This document shows, one piece after another, positions 25,632-36,298 of a stretch of 42,482 nucleotides of DNA (position 1 is the stretch's first letter; every line of letters begins with the position of its first letter). The DNA is taken from NCBI GenBank assembly GCA_045126415.1, contig JBGVOJ010000198.1:1-42482 (forward strand), given 5' to 3'. The translations under genes and the position numbers were made by a program. The DNA comes from Eubacteriales bacterium (GTDB lineage: Bacteria > Bacillota > Clostridia > Oscillospirales > CAG-272). The notes beneath the pieces were generated by a model. It saw only the letters and a list, made by a program, of their open reading frames with translations. It searched no databases and was not told the origin of the DNA.

Positions 25632-27101
25632 TCACTTCGTCAGTGTACGTCCGACGGCGTCGTTCCAGCCGTTGTAAAGCTGTGTGCGCTTTTCTTCCGT
25701 GATCGCCGGCGCGAAGGTCTTATCCACCGCACGGAGTGCGAGGAGTTCGTCCTTCGACTGCCAGAAGCCGGATGCAAGCCCTGCGAGGAATGCTGCGCCC
25801 AGTGCGGTCGATTCGCGGACGACGGGACGGATGACGCGGCGGTCACTGATATCCGCCTGGAACTGCATCAGAAAATTGTCACGGGTCGCGCCGCCGTCCA
25901 CGCGGAGTTCGTGGATGGGTGCGCCGGTATCGCGTTCCATGGCGTGAATGAGGTCGGCGGACTGGTAGGCGATGGATTCTTCCGCCGCACGGATGATGTG
26001 TTCACGCTTCGTTCCGCGGGTGATCCCGACGATGGTACCGCGGGCGTACATATCCCAGTGCGGTGCGCCGAGTCCGGTGAACGCGGGAACGAGGTAGACG
26101 CCGCCGCTGTCGGGGACTTTGGTCGCGTAGTATTCTGCGTCGCGGCTTTCGGAGAAGAAGCGCATTTCGTCGCGAAGCCACTGAATGACGGAGCCGCCGC
26201 AGAAAACGCTGCCTTCAAGAGCGTAGGTGACGGGTTCGCCTTCCAGACCTGCGCAGATGGTGGTCAGCAGGCCGTTTTCGCTGTATTCGCGCTTGGTGCC
26301 GGTATTGAGCAGGAGGAAGCAGCCGGTGCCGTAGGTGTTTTTCGCGTCACCTGCGGAGAAGCAGCCCTGTCCGAACAGTGCCGCCTGCTGGTCGCCCGCA
26401 ACACCGCAGACAGGGATGTCACAGCCGTCGATTTTCGCGGTGCCGAAGAATTCGGAGGAGGATTTCACGTCGGGAAGCATGGACGCAGGGACGCCGAACA
26501 GTTTCAGCAGGTCGCTGTCCCATTCGAGCGTATTGATGTTGTACAGCATCGTGCGGGATGCGTTGGTGCGGTCGGTGGCATGGATGCCGGTGAGCTTCCA
26601 GATGAGCCATGTATCGACGGTGCCGAACATCAGATCTCCGTTTTCCGCACGTTCGCGGACCCCTTCGACGTTGTCGAGAATCCACTTGATCTTGCTGGCG
26701 GAGAAGTATGCGTCCGGAACAAGTCCGGTTTTTTCACGGATCACGGTGTGATGCGGAGCCATTTCGTCGATGATGGGCGCCGTCCGGCAGCACTGCCATA
26801 CAATCGCGTTCATGACAGGCGTGCCGGTCTTTCTGTCCCAGACGATGGTGGTTTCACGCTGGTTGGTAATGCCGATCGCGGCGATTTCATCGGCGGAAAT
26901 TCCGGTTTTCGCGATCACTTCCATCAGACAGCCGTATGATGTAGACCAGATGTCGATGGGATCATGCTCTACCCAGCCTTCCTTCGGATAAATCTGCGGG
27001 AATTCTCTTGCCACAACCCCGACGATCTGTGCGGCATGATCGAACAGAATTGCCCGCGAGGAAGTCGTTCCCTGGTCAATGGCGATAACGTATTTTTTCA
27101 T
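25632..27101 (-). CDS. glpK: Glycerol kinase
   Basis: 489 aa. [22 protein letters not shown] family. RBS ggagg. Confidence 0.95.
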   Translation of the reverse strand: MKKYVIAIDQGTTSSRAILFDHAAQIVGVVAREFPQIYPKEGWVEHDPIDIWSTSYGCLMEVIAKTGISADEIAAIGITNQRETTIVWDRKTGTPVMNAIVWQCCRTAPIIDEMAPHHTVIREKTGLVPDAYFSASKIKWILDNVEGVRERAENGDLMFGTVDTWLIWKLTGIHATDRTNASRTMLYNINTLEWDSDLLKLFGVPASMLPDVKSSSEFFGTAKIDGCDIPVCGVAGDQQAALFGQGCFSAGDAKNTYGTGCFLLLNTGTKREYSENGLLTTICAGLEGEPVTYALEGSVFCGGSVIQWLRDEMRFFSESRDAEYYATKVPDSGGVYLVPAFTGLGAPHWDMYARGTIVGITRGTKREHIIRAAEESIAYQSADLIHAMERDTGAPIHELRVDGGATRDNFLMQFQADISDRRVIRPVVRESTALGAAFLAGLASGFWQSKDELLALRAVDKTFAPAITEEKRTQLYNGWNDAVGRTLTK

Positions 27102-27170
27102 GGTAATCCTCCAAAATGTAAATCAACAGGTACTTCAAATTCGGACCATACTCTGTCATTTTTTTCAGTG

Positions 27171-27223
27171 CAAAGTTTTTTGAAAGGGGTTTGGGGAAAA
27201 CTTTTTTCAAAAAAGTTTTCCCC
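27171..27223 (-). repeat. Intergenic palindromic element, copy I (type 1)
   Basis: CAAAGTTTTTTGAAAGGGGTTT + GGGGAAAACTTTTTT-C-AAAAAAGTTTTCCCC. Lies 15 nt from the upstream gene's stop at 27239. Confidence 0.9.
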
Positions 27224-27238
27224 AAGAAATTCAATTTT

Positions 27239-29599
27239 TTATATTTCCAACCTCGCGGCTCCGCCGGACTCAGCTGCGAGGGCTTCTTCGCGGCGGCAGG
27301 TGAGGATGAGGTACTGACCGTCGATCATGAGGGAGACGATGGCTTCGATGCGGGAGGTATCGATGTGTGCGAAGCTTTCGTCGAAGATCATGAAGGGTGT
27401 TTCGTTTTTGAAAATTTCTTCCGCGAGGGCGATGCGGAGAGAGAGGTAGGCAAGGTCGGAAGTGCCGCGGGAGAGATATTCGCCCGGCAGGATGTCCGTT
27501 TCGGTGGAACAGCCCGCATTGAAGCTGCCGTCGAGGGTGATGGATTCGTGCGTGCCGCTGGTCGCGCCGGAGAGAAGGATCGACGCGCTTTCCGCAATTT
27601 TCGGGAGGATACCGGAACGCATCTTTTCGCCGGCCTGTGTCAGGGCGGATTTCGCGAGTTCGCATGCGTCGTGACGCAGGGAGAGCTCTTCGATACGGCG
27701 GTCCAGTTCGTCGAGTGCCGTGGCGGCTTCGTCGGGATTGTGGGCGGGAGAGCCGAGTGCGGCAAGCTGGTTCTCAAGCTCATGCTGACGCTTTTCCGAC
27801 GATTTCAGCGCACTGTTCGTGAAATCCCGTTCGCGCATGAGATTCTTGATGCCGTCCGCGTTCAGGGACGCCGCGGTCTGTCCCCACGGCAGCTTGATCG
27901 TTTCGAGATATTCGTATTCCGCATTGACACGGTCCACGCCCGTGAGCTGTTCGTTCAGGACTTCCAGCTTGCCGGTCAGGTTGGAGAGCTTTGCCGTCAT
28001 CGCTTCGCGGTCGGCGCGGATGTCATCCGCCGTGGCGCAAAGCGTTTTAAGCGTAGCGAAGATATCTTCCTGCGGTTCCACGCCTGCTGCGGAGCATAAT
28101 CCGTCTATCCGGACAAGGGCTTCGTCGAAGCGCTGTTTCGCCTGCGCAAGGATCAGATCGGTCGGACGGAGACTGCTCGGATCGTCCGTGTCCGTCTTTG
28201 GCTCCTCCTCTTTCTTATCCTCTTCGGAATCTCCCGGCTCATCGGGAACGTCCGTCGGCGGGGTGGAGGTTACCGGTTCGGAACAGAGCCGTTCCAATTC
28301 ATCGATGGATTCCACATTCCAGTCCTCAAGCAGCTGTGTCAGTGCGGCGGAGGTACGGGCATTGCGGACGATGAAGAAAACGCCGAGGGTGACAAAGGCC
28401 AGAGTCATCAGAAGCGGAAGAAGATAGAAATCGGTATTGAACCAGTACAGCAGCAGGGTGATGCCGAAACCGAAGAGTCCGGCAACGAAGAGGGCCATCG
28501 AGGCAATGAACTGGTTGTGTGCGGAAATATCGAGCTGCTGGGCAGTTACAACGGGATTTTGCTCGGATGCAGCAGTGTTTTCCGGTTCCGGCGGAAGGGC
28601 GTCTGCCTCATCTGCGGGATCGATATCCGGGAATACATCCGGAATTCCGCCGTTCGCGGAGGAAGGCGTATGTCCGTAGGCGTCACAGGCTTCTGCGTAG
28701 GCGCGGATATCGCGTTCGGCTTCCTCCACGGCTTCGGAAAAACCGGTACCAAGAGGAGATTCGTCCAGAGCAGCAATGGTTTCACGCAGCGCGGCGATGT
28801 TTTTTTCTGCTGTCTCCGCACTGTCGATGCGGCGTTTGAGCATGATCTTATCGAGGGACTGAAGAATACCGTCGCAGCGGCGTTTGTCTTCCCAGAGTTC
28901 ATTGATGCGTTTCCGGATGTCGTTCAGGGAATTGCTGACACGGATGATCTCGGAGGAGGTGCCGGAGGACTGCCGGATCTCTTCGGCGATGGCGGCACGT
29001 TTTTCACGCAGTTCCCCAAGTTCACCGCCGCTGCCGTTCTTGTGACAGATTTCACGGCGGACATTATCAATGGTGCGGATCGCTTTTTTGATGTCGACGT
29101 TTTCGTCCGCGGAGGAAAGAAGATTCTCCACTGCCGAGCCGACGCTTCCAGCGTCCGGTTTGATGAGCGCGGTCTGTCCGACGAAGCAGGTGTTCATGAA
29201 CACATCCTCGGAGATGCTGAAGAAGTATTCGCCGGGGTTCTGACCGGTGAGGGACTCGCCGGTCGCACGGTTGATGATGCGCACGCGTTCGCGTGCGGGA
29301 CCGTCGTCGGAGGTAAGGATCGCGCGTTCCAGACGGTATTCGACCCCTTCGTCCGTTTCGAGAAGAATGTAGCCGGCAGCCTGGCCGGTGAGACGGTTGA
29401 TGTAACGTGCACGTTCGGACGGTTCACCGTTTTTCGGCGTTTTTGCGGACAGTCCGTAGAAGACGAATTTGATGAACATCGCCGCAGAGGATTTCCCCGA
29501 CTCGTTCGCGCCGTGGAGTACGTTCACTCCGTCATCAAGGCGGATTTCGTAGTTGGAAAGTCCGCCGAAGGAAATGATGTGTAAAAGTTTCAGTTTCAT
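27239..29599 (-). CDS. YhaN/SbcE-like SMC-type AAA ATPase with a central TM hairpin
   Basis: 786 aa. Walker A GANESGKSS. C-terminal FMIFDESFAHID. Coiled-coil-like middle. Hydrophobic residues about 364-411 (nt 28367-28510). Confidence 0.85.
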   Translation of the reverse strand: MKLKLLHIISFGGLSNYEIRLDDGVNVLHGANESGKSSAAMFIKFVFYGLSAKTPKNGEPSERARYINRLTGQAAGYILLETDEGVEYRLERAILTSDDGPARERVRIINRATGESLTGQNPGEYFFSISEDVFMNTCFVGQTALIKPDAGSVGSAVENLLSSADENVDIKKAIRTIDNVRREICHKNGSGGELGELREKRAAIAEEIRQSSGTSSEIIRVSNSLNDIRKRINELWEDKRRCDGILQSLDKIMLKRRIDSAETAEKNIAALRETIAALDESPLGTGFSEAVEEAERDIRAYAEACDAYGHTPSSANGGIPDVFPDIDPADEADALPPEPENTAASEQNPVVTAQQLDISAHNQFIASMALFVAGLFGFGITLLLYWFNTDFYLLPLLMTLAFVTLGVFFIVRNARTSAALTQLLEDWNVESIDELERLCSEPVTSTPPTDVPDEPGDSEEDKKEEEPKTDTDDPSSLRPTDLILAQAKQRFDEALVRIDGLCSAAGVEPQEDIFATLKTLCATADDIRADREAMTAKLSNLTGKLEVLNEQLTGVDRVNAEYEYLETIKLPWGQTAASLNADGIKNLMRERDFTNSALKSSEKRQHELENQLAALGSPAHNPDEAATALDELDRRIEELSLRHDACELAKSALTQAGEKMRSGILPKIAESASILLSGATSGTHESITLDGSFNAGCSTETDILPGEYLSRGTSDLAYLSLRIALAEEIFKNETPFMIFDESFAHIDTSRIEAIVSLMIDGQYLILTCRREEALAAESGGAARLEI

Positions 29600-29630
29600 A
29601 GCGGTACCATGTCAGATTCAGATTTCAGGT

Positions 29631-30752
29631 TCAGAACGTCTTTTCTCCGGCAAGAGCGGAGAGGGCATAACGGAATGCACGGATACCCACTTCCCGTGTC
29701 CGTGCGTCTTCCGCTTCAATGGTGGGTTTCAGGACGCGGTAGAGTTCGCCGGTGATGGTGGGAGCGCTTTCGAGGGCGGTCCGGTCAACGTCCGGAAGGG
29801 TGGCGTCCTCCACGCGGAGGAAGAACAGACCGCAGGGGTTGTTTTCCAGAGCTTCCGTATCGATGACAAGGGCAGGGGCGACAATGCCGGTGAGACGGAG
29901 GGAGAGCAGGGTATCCTCACCGAAGCGGTTCTGCGCGATGTAATCGGCGACGGCTTCGCCGACATCCGCCTGTGTGGAGAGACCGGTGAGGGCGAGTTCG
30001 CCTTTTTCGTAGCGGCGTTTGGAGAAACGTATCCTTTTGATCGTGACATTGGAGGAAGTGCCGGTTTTGTCGATTTCAACGACACAGGCACCCTTCGGAC
30101 CGGTTTCGTCAAAGGCACGGGCTTCCAGACATCCGCAGTAGCACCAGCGGCCGTCATGACCGGGAGCGGGCGGGTTGTGAATATGACCGAGAGCGGCATA
30201 ATCTGCGCCGAATGCGTCGAGATGTTCCGGCGTTATCGGGCAGTCCTTGGTGGAGGACTTCACGCCGGGCATGTCGCAGTGGCAGACGAGCAGATTCACG
30301 CGGGAAGGGTCGGCGGCACGCATTCCTTCAATGGGGACGGTGACAAGACTGTTTTCCGTGAAGCCGAAGCCGTACACGGTGACGGGAAGATCCGGTACGT
30401 CTGCGGAAGAGAGGGTGTTTTCACGGAAAATATGGACGTTTTCGGGAAAAGTGATTTTTGCCCACACGCTGTCGGCGGAAGCCGGGTCATGGTTGCCGGG
30501 GGCGATGAAGACGGGTTTGCCGAAGCGTTCGAATTCACGGATGAGGAGCGCGACGGTCTCGCGGGTGACATAGCCGCCGTCAAAAAGGTCTCCGGCGATG
30601 AGGAGAAGATCGACGGCATTGGCACGGGCATAGGTCATCATGGATGTGAAGGCGGCGCGCAGCTCGTTCCGGCGGATCTCGGCGTGACGGGAGTCAAGCC
30701 CGGAGAACGCACTGTCGAGGTGGATATCGCCTGTATGCAGAATTTTTATCAT
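29631..30752 (-). CDS. YhaO/SbcD-like metallophosphoesterase (DNA repair exonuclease)
   Basis: 373 aa. HTGDIHLD, IAGDLFDG and APGNHD motifs. Confidence 0.9.
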   Translation of the reverse strand: MIKILHTGDIHLDSAFSGLDSRHAEIRRNELRAAFTSMMTYARANAVDLLLIAGDLFDGGYVTRETVALLIREFERFGKPVFIAPGNHDPASADSVWAKITFPENVHIFRENTLSSADVPDLPVTVYGFGFTENSLVTVPIEGMRAADPSRVNLLVCHCDMPGVKSSTKDCPITPEHLDAFGADYAALGHIHNPPAPGHDGRWCYCGCLEARAFDETGPKGACVVEIDKTGTSSNVTIKRIRFSKRRYEKGELALTGLSTQADVGEAVADYIAQNRFGEDTLLSLRLTGIVAPALVIDTEALENNPCGLFFLRVEDATLPDVDRTALESAPTITGELYRVLKPTIEAEDARTREVGIRAFRYALSALAGEKTF

Positions 30753-30883
30753 AAAGTATGAAAATCCCTGTAGTTATTATTTTTTTCATTATAACATATT
30801 TACAGATGGATTGCAAGAATACTCGCTTTTCCAGATTGTAAATTTAAATGGAAATCGCTGTGCGGAGAGTTTGAAATTTCATA

Positions 30884-30912
30884 TTGAACTTCCCCTGCTT
30901 TTGTGGTATAAT
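30884..30912 (+). promoter_or_regulatory. Predicted rbfA operon promoter (extended -10)
   Basis: TTGAAC (30884-30889), 17 nt, TGG-TATAAT (30907-30912). Confidence 0.5.
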
Positions 30913-30977
30913 AAAATGTATTTCTATACGCTGCAGGGCGTATACTGTAAAAATTATCAGATAAAGGATTTGGATAT

Positions 30978-31361
30978 ATGGCAAAATACAGAAAGAACCG
31001 CATCAACGACGCCATGACCGCCGAATGTGCACAGATCGTCCGCGAAATCAAGGACCCCCGCGTTTCCGGCGTCATGATCACCGTCATGAATTCCGACGTT
31101 TCCGCTGACCTGAAGTTTGCGAAGATTTATTATTCCGTTCTCGGCGAGTGCGACGAAAAGGAACTTGCAAAGGGCCTCAAGTCCGCGGTTCCGTTCGTGC
31201 GTTCCCAGCTCGCACAGCGGCTCAATCTCCGCATTACGCCCGAGCTGACCTTTGTACGCGACGAAGGTGTCAAGCACGGTGCGGAAATTTCCAAGTTGCT
31301 CCGTGAAATCGCGAAGGATACGGAGACGGCAGATGAGGAGGACGAAGAAGACGATGAATGA
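30978..31361 (+). CDS. rbfA: Ribosome-binding factor A
   Basis: 127 aa. RINDAMTAECAQIVREIKDPRV..ITVMNSDVSADLKFAKIYYS. Acidic tail. Confidence 0.9.
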   Translation: MAKYRKNRINDAMTAECAQIVREIKDPRVSGVMITVMNSDVSADLKFAKIYYSVLGECDEKELAKGLKSAVPFVRSQLAQRLNLRITPELTFVRDEGVKHGAEISKLLREIAKDTETADEEDEEDDE

Positions 31362-32448
31362 GATGAACGAACTCTTCACGGAAGAAACCGCTCCCGTTTA
31401 TGATACCGTTGACCTTGCGTTCCTCGCGGACGAAATCGCGGATACGAAAAATGCGCTCATCCTGACCCACGTGAATCCCGACGGGGACTGCATCGGTTCG
31501 GCGTTCGCTCTGCGGAAGCTGATTCTCGCCTGCGGCGGGAACGCACGTGTGGTCTGTCCGAATGATCTGCCGAAGCGGCTGCGCTTCCTTGCGTCCGACA
31601 GTCTGTACATGGGAGAGGATGAGGAACCCTACGACGCGCATTTTGATCCCGAAACCGATCTTACGGTATACGACCGGATTTTCTCCATTGACGTGGCCTC
31701 TCCGATCCAGCTCGGCGACCTTGCCGTGCTGATCCCGCACATCTCCTTCATGGTCGACCATCACGGAATGGGAGAGGCGTTTGCGAAGAATTATATCGAT
31801 CCCACCGCTTCCGCGGCCGGCGAGATTGTTTACCGTCTGTATACGGAGCTGAAAAAGCGCGGCGTGATCGGCGATGTTCCCGAAGCGTCCAGACGGATGT
31901 ACGCGGCGATTGTTTCCGATACGGGCAGCTTCAAGTTCTCGAATACCATGCCCGATACGCACATGGCGGCGGCGGAACTCGTCCGTGAAATCAATCACGC
32001 GGACGACGGCGGCATGGATACGGCGGATGTCTGCCGTTCCCTGTTCGGTCAGCGCACCCTCAAGGAGCTGACCGCGCAGATGCTCGCGATCCAGAATCTG
32101 CGGTTTTATGAAAACGGCCGTCTCGGCGCGGTGCTGTTCACGCAGCAGATGCTTGCCGACGCAGGGCTTACCGAAGAGGAAATCGGTAACGTGGTCGACA
32201 CGCCGCGCGGCGTGGAAGGCGTGCTGATCGGCATTTCTCTCCGTCAGCTGGCAGCCGACCCGACGCAGTACAAGGTTTCCTCCCGTGCGAACGCGGAAAT
32301 CGACTGTGCGGCGGTCTGCGCGAATTTCGGCGGCGGCGGACATGTCCGTGCTGCCGGATGTACGATCACGGCGGACGATCCCGAGGAAGCTCTCGCACGG
32401 ATGGCGGAAGCCTTCGGTGCGGCGATCCGTGAAGCGAAAGGCGAATGA
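31354..32448 (+). CDS. nrnA: DHH/DHHA1 phosphoesterase (NrnA-like oligoribonuclease/pAp phosphatase)
   Basis: ATG 31354 overlaps the rbfA stop. LTHVNPDGDCIGSAFAL, VDHH and GGGGHVRAAG motifs. Confidence 0.85.
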   Translation: MNEMNELFTEETAPVYDTVDLAFLADEIADTKNALILTHVNPDGDCIGSAFALRKLILACGGNARVVCPNDLPKRLRFLASDSLYMGEDEEPYDAHFDPETDLTVYDRIFSIDVASPIQLGDLAVLIPHISFMVDHHGMGEAFAKNYIDPTASAAGEIVYRLYTELKKRGVIGDVPEASRRMYAAIVSDTGSFKFSNTMPDTHMAAAELVREINHADDGGMDTADVCRSLFGQRTLKELTAQMLAIQNLRFYENGRLGAVLFTQQMLADAGLTEEEIGNVVDTPRGVEGVLIGISLRQLAADPTQYKVSSRANAEIDCAAVCANFGGGGHVRAAGCTITADDPEEALARMAEAFGAAIREAKGE

Positions 32449-32451
32449 TCC

Positions 32452-33393
32452 ATGGGAAGACGCAAACCGGACACCATTTCCGGTGTCCTTATTATCAACA
32501 AGCACGCGGGGGTGACGTCGCACCGGATCATTTCGTCCGTGCGGAAGCTGTTTGACACCTCCCGCGTCGGTCACACGGGGACGCTCGATCCGATGGCGAC
32601 GGGGGTTCTGCCCGTTCTGCTCGGACGTGCGGCAAAGGCATCGGATTATCTGATGATGCACGACAAGGAGTACATCTGTGAGATGAAGCTCGGGCTGACG
32701 ACCGATACGGAGGACGTCACCGGCGAAATTCTCTCGCAGTCTAACGCAATCCCTGATGAGGAAACCGTCCTTGCGGCGTGTGCGTCGTTTGTCGGGAAGA
32801 TTGAACAGATTCCGCCGATGTATTCCGCAGTCAAGGTGGACGGCCGCAAGCTCGTCGACATCGCCAGAGAGGGCGGAGAAGTCGAGCGTAAGCCTCGTCC
32901 GGTGGAGATCTATGAAATCGACGTACATAAAGTGGCGGACGACGTGTATTCCATGCGGGTCGCGTGCTCGAAGGGGACGTACATCCGTACGCTGTGCAGC
33001 GACATCGGCAAGAAGCTCGGCTGCGGCGCGGCGATGCAGTCGCTTGTGCGTACGAAAACCGGACAGTTTACCCTTGACGACTGCGTGACCGTCGAACAGC
33101 TCGACAGCATGACCTTTGAAGAGCGGCTGACTCTGCCGAAAACGGTGGAATCGCTGTTCATGGAGCTTCCGGAAGTGAACATTCCGGATTATTACGTGAA
33201 GCTGGTGCGCGGCGGGACGAATCTGTTCCAGAAGAAGCTGAAGGCCGAATTTGAGGACGGGACGCTGATCCGTATCCGGAACCGCGGCGAGTTCATCGCG
33301 CTTGGACGTGCAGAAACGGATGAGAACGGCAAGGCGGTCATCCGTCCGGAAAAGCTGTTCAGTCTCGGAGAACAACCGGACGCGGAGGGCTGA
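32452..33393 (+). CDS. truB: tRNA pseudouridine(55) synthase
   Basis: 313 aa. VGHTGTLDPMATGVLPVLLG catalytic motif. Confidence 0.95.
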   Translation: MGRRKPDTISGVLIINKHAGVTSHRIISSVRKLFDTSRVGHTGTLDPMATGVLPVLLGRAAKASDYLMMHDKEYICEMKLGLTTDTEDVTGEILSQSNAIPDEETVLAACASFVGKIEQIPPMYSAVKVDGRKLVDIAREGGEVERKPRPVEIYEIDVHKVADDVYSMRVACSKGTYIRTLCSDIGKKLGCGAAMQSLVRTKTGQFTLDDCVTVEQLDSMTFEERLTLPKTVESLFMELPEVNIPDYYVKLVRGGTNLFQKKLKAEFEDGTLIRIRNRGEFIALGRAETDENGKAVIRPEKLFSLGEQPDAEG

Positions 33394-33394
33394 C

Positions 33395-34018
33395 ATGAAG
33401 ATTATCGACTGCCCGTTCATTGACCAGCGGGAGAAATATCCGACCGGATGTGAAAGTGTGTCGGCTGTGATGCTCCTGCGGCATTTCGGCTTTGACGTGA
33501 CGCCGGAGGAGTTTATCGACAACTGCCTGCCGAAGGCACCGGAGCCGATGTGCGAAAATGGCGTCTGGTATGCCGCCGATCCGCAGCATTTTTACCTCGG
33601 CAATCCTTACACGGACGACGGCTGGGGCTGCTTTGCGCCGGCGGTCTGTGCAGGTCTGCGGGAATATCTCGGCGATTCGGAAGAATTCGAGGTACGGGAA
33701 GTGTACGGCAGTACGCTTGCCGATCTCTGCCGTGAGTACATCGGACGGGACATCCCCGTGATTGTATTCGCGACGATGGGAATGGCGGCTCCGCGGGAAT
33801 ACCGGACGTGGAAAATTCCCGGGACGGAGAAGACATACACGTGGAAGACCCCGATGCACTGTCTGCTGCTCGTCGGGTATGACGGAGAGTCGTTCGTGTT
33901 CAACGATCCTCTGGTCGGGAAGAATACCGTTTATCCGGAGGAAACGGCGTCTGCCGCCCATGAAGGTATGGGGATGCAGGCGGCGGTGCTGTTAAAACGG
34001 TTAAATAATTGTAAATAA
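33395..34018 (+). CDS. C39-like papain-fold cysteine peptidase
   Basis: ATG 33395 lies directly after the truB stop. YPTGCESVSAVMLL (Cys) and HCLLLVGYD (His). 207 aa. Confidence 0.6.
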   Translation: MKIIDCPFIDQREKYPTGCESVSAVMLLRHFGFDVTPEEFIDNCLPKAPEPMCENGVWYAADPQHFYLGNPYTDDGWGCFAPAVCAGLREYLGDSEEFEVREVYGSTLADLCREYIGRDIPVIVFATMGMAAPREYRTWKIPGTEKTYTWKTPMHCLLLVGYDGESFVFNDPLVGKNTVYPEETASAAHEGMGMQAAVLLKRLNNCK

Positions 34019-34115
34019 TTGCGGAAAACACACTATTTGTTTCCAATGTGTGTTATAATTAAAAATCAGGATAATCAAAAAACGACGGGAGTTTTGGCTT
34101 CCGTCAAGGACAGAA

Positions 34116-35456
34116 ATGAAAAAAAAGTCAGTTTTTGACACAAATTATCTCACGCGTACCGGTCTGTACGTTCTGACAGCGGCTCTGGCGTTCGGCGTTC
34201 TTGTCTACGCGGCGTATCATCTTCTCGGGCGTTTTTCGCCCGGTCTGGAGCTGGTCGACGCCGTTCCGACGAGTGTGTCGAAGACCGTTTCCGCTGATGG
34301 CTACATCATGCGCGACGAAACGGCAGTCTATGCGACGGACGTTTTCGGCGGCAGTGTGGCTCCCGCAGTAAGGGACGGTTCGCATGTCTCCCTTTACGGG
34401 AAGATCGCGGATGTTTACGCCAATTCTTCGCCCGATACGGAAACGCGTCTGAGGGAGCTGGACGAACAGATCGCACTTCTCGAAAAAAATCAGTCCGAGA
34501 ACCGTTCGGTGCAGAGCGCATCCGGGCTGGACGCGGATATTTACAGCGATCTTTTCACCATCCGTTCCCATTGTGAGGACGGAAATTATGCCGATGCACT
34601 CGCGCTTCGTACCGAGCTTCTCGTCGGTATCAAAAAACGTGCGATCCTGACCGGGGAGATCACCGACTATGCGTCGCAGATCTCTATGCTGGAAGGAGAA
34701 AAAGCCTCCCTGCGCACCGGTCTGGGCGCAAATCTCGGTTCGGTCTACAGTGCGTCGGCAGGGTATTTCTTCTCGGATGCCGACGGCTACGGGAATATCT
34801 TTTCTTCCGACAGGATCGACAGTATGACGTTCGATGAATTCCTGCAGATGACGGAGACCGATCCGGAAACGGGAACCGGACTCAGCATCGGGACGATCGT
34901 AACGGATTACAAATGGTACATCGCCTGTCTCATGGACAAGGCGGATGCGGCGGGTTTGGCGGATCGTTATTCCTGCGACGTCATGTTCCGGTACAGCGGG
35001 CAGATGCTGGAAATGCATGTGTACCGCGTGATCCCCGAAACGCCCGGAGACCGTTCCGTGGTCGTTCTGGAGTGCGGGAAGATGCCCGTTAATTTTGATT
35101 ATACGCGCATGCAGCCGGTGGATATCGTGACGGCGACCTATACCGGATACGAGATTCCGTCTTCCGCAGTCCGGGTGGTCGGCGGTTTTCAGGGAGTCTA
35201 TGTCAAGAACGAGGTCACCATTGAATTCCGGCGCATCCATATTCTGTATGAATACGACGGAAAGATCATCTGTTCCGGAAAACCGGACAGCATGAAATAC
35301 GAGAAGGGCCCCGACGGTACCTACAAAACAGATGAAAACGGACGGCGCATTGAGGTCGTCGATACCAACGACGAGATCTATCCGTGGATCGCACAGAACG
35401 ATATCGTGGTTGTGAGCGGTACGGAACTGTATTCCGGCAAGACGATCGACGACTGA
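34116..35456 (+). CDS. HlyD-like membrane-anchored coiled-coil/beta-barrel protein
   Basis: 446 aa. N-terminal TM. Coiled-coil segments RLRELDEQIALLEKNQ and SMLEGEKASLR. The position upstream of yggS recurs in Clostridia, from memory. Confidence 0.55.
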   Translation: MKKKSVFDTNYLTRTGLYVLTAALAFGVLVYAAYHLLGRFSPGLELVDAVPTSVSKTVSADGYIMRDETAVYATDVFGGSVAPAVRDGSHVSLYGKIADVYANSSPDTETRLRELDEQIALLEKNQSENRSVQSASGLDADIYSDLFTIRSHCEDGNYADALALRTELLVGIKKRAILTGEITDYASQISMLEGEKASLRTGLGANLGSVYSASAGYFFSDADGYGNIFSSDRIDSMTFDEFLQMTETDPETGTGLSIGTIVTDYKWYIACLMDKADAAGLADRYSCDVMFRYSGQMLEMHVYRVIPETPGDRSVVVLECGKMPVNFDYTRMQPVDIVTATYTGYEIPSSAVRVVGGFQGVYVKNEVTIEFRRIHILYEYDGKIICSGKPDSMKYEKGPDGTYKTDENGRRIEVVDTNDEIYPWIAQNDIVVVSGTELYSGKTIDD

Positions 35457-35484
35457 CAAGGCAGAGATTCAAAGAAGGCACAGA

Positions 35485-36201
35485 ATGACAGAAAGACAGA
35501 TCGAACTGCATGACAATTACATGCGGGTTCTTGAAAAAATTGAAAACGCGAAGGCAAGACGCACAGTGAATACCGGACGGGAAGTGACCCTTCTCGCCGC
35601 AACCAAAACCGTTGCTGCGGAGGACATTACGTTTCTTGTGGAAAACTACGGTCTGCGGCTGTGCGGGGAAAACCACGCGCAGGAGTTCAATGCGAAGTAT
35701 GAGGCTGTCACGGCGGCGGGTGCACGGATGGATTTCATCGGGCATCTGCAGACCAACAAGGTGAAGTACATCGCCGGACGCGCCGGGCTGATCCATTCCG
35801 TAGATTCCGTCCGTCTGGCGCAGGAGATCGACCGGAAGTGTACCGCGCTCGGTGTCCGTCAGGGAATTCTGGTGGAGGTCAACATCGGTATGGAGGAATC
35901 CAAAACCGGTATCGCTCCCTCGGAATTCGAACGATTTGTGGAAGAAATTTCCGGATTTTCGTCGATTGACATTTGTGGGATGATGACGATGGCACCGAAA
36001 TGCACGGAAAATGACGAATTTCGCAAATATTTTAGAGAATCTTGCAGAATATTTCTTGACTTTTTCGCAAAAAAAACGCATAATATAGGAGAGCCTGTTT
36101 TGTCTATGGGAATGAGTGACAGTTACGAGTGCGCCATAGAGGAAGGCTCCACGATGGTACGCGTCGGCAGTGCGATTTTCGGTTCCCGGAAATACACCTG
36201 A
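35485..36201 (+). CDS. yggS: YggS-family pyridoxal-phosphate homeostasis protein
   Basis: 238 aa. LLAATKTV, GENHAQE, FIGHLQTNKVKY and SMGMSDSYE motifs. Confidence 0.9.
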   Translation: MTERQIELHDNYMRVLEKIENAKARRTVNTGREVTLLAATKTVAAEDITFLVENYGLRLCGENHAQEFNAKYEAVTAAGARMDFIGHLQTNKVKYIAGRAGLIHSVDSVRLAQEIDRKCTALGVRQGILVEVNIGMEESKTGIAPSEFERFVEEISGFSSIDICGMMTMAPKCTENDEFRKYFRESCRIFLDFFAKKTHNIGEPVLSMGMSDSYECAIEEGSTMVRVGSAIFGSRKYT

Positions 36202-36298
36202 CCGTGTGCTATCGGATCAATACCTGGCACAACTTATTTTATTATTTAAATAATTTATGTGGATTACACTGCCGAACAACGGCAGCATGGAGGTTAAC

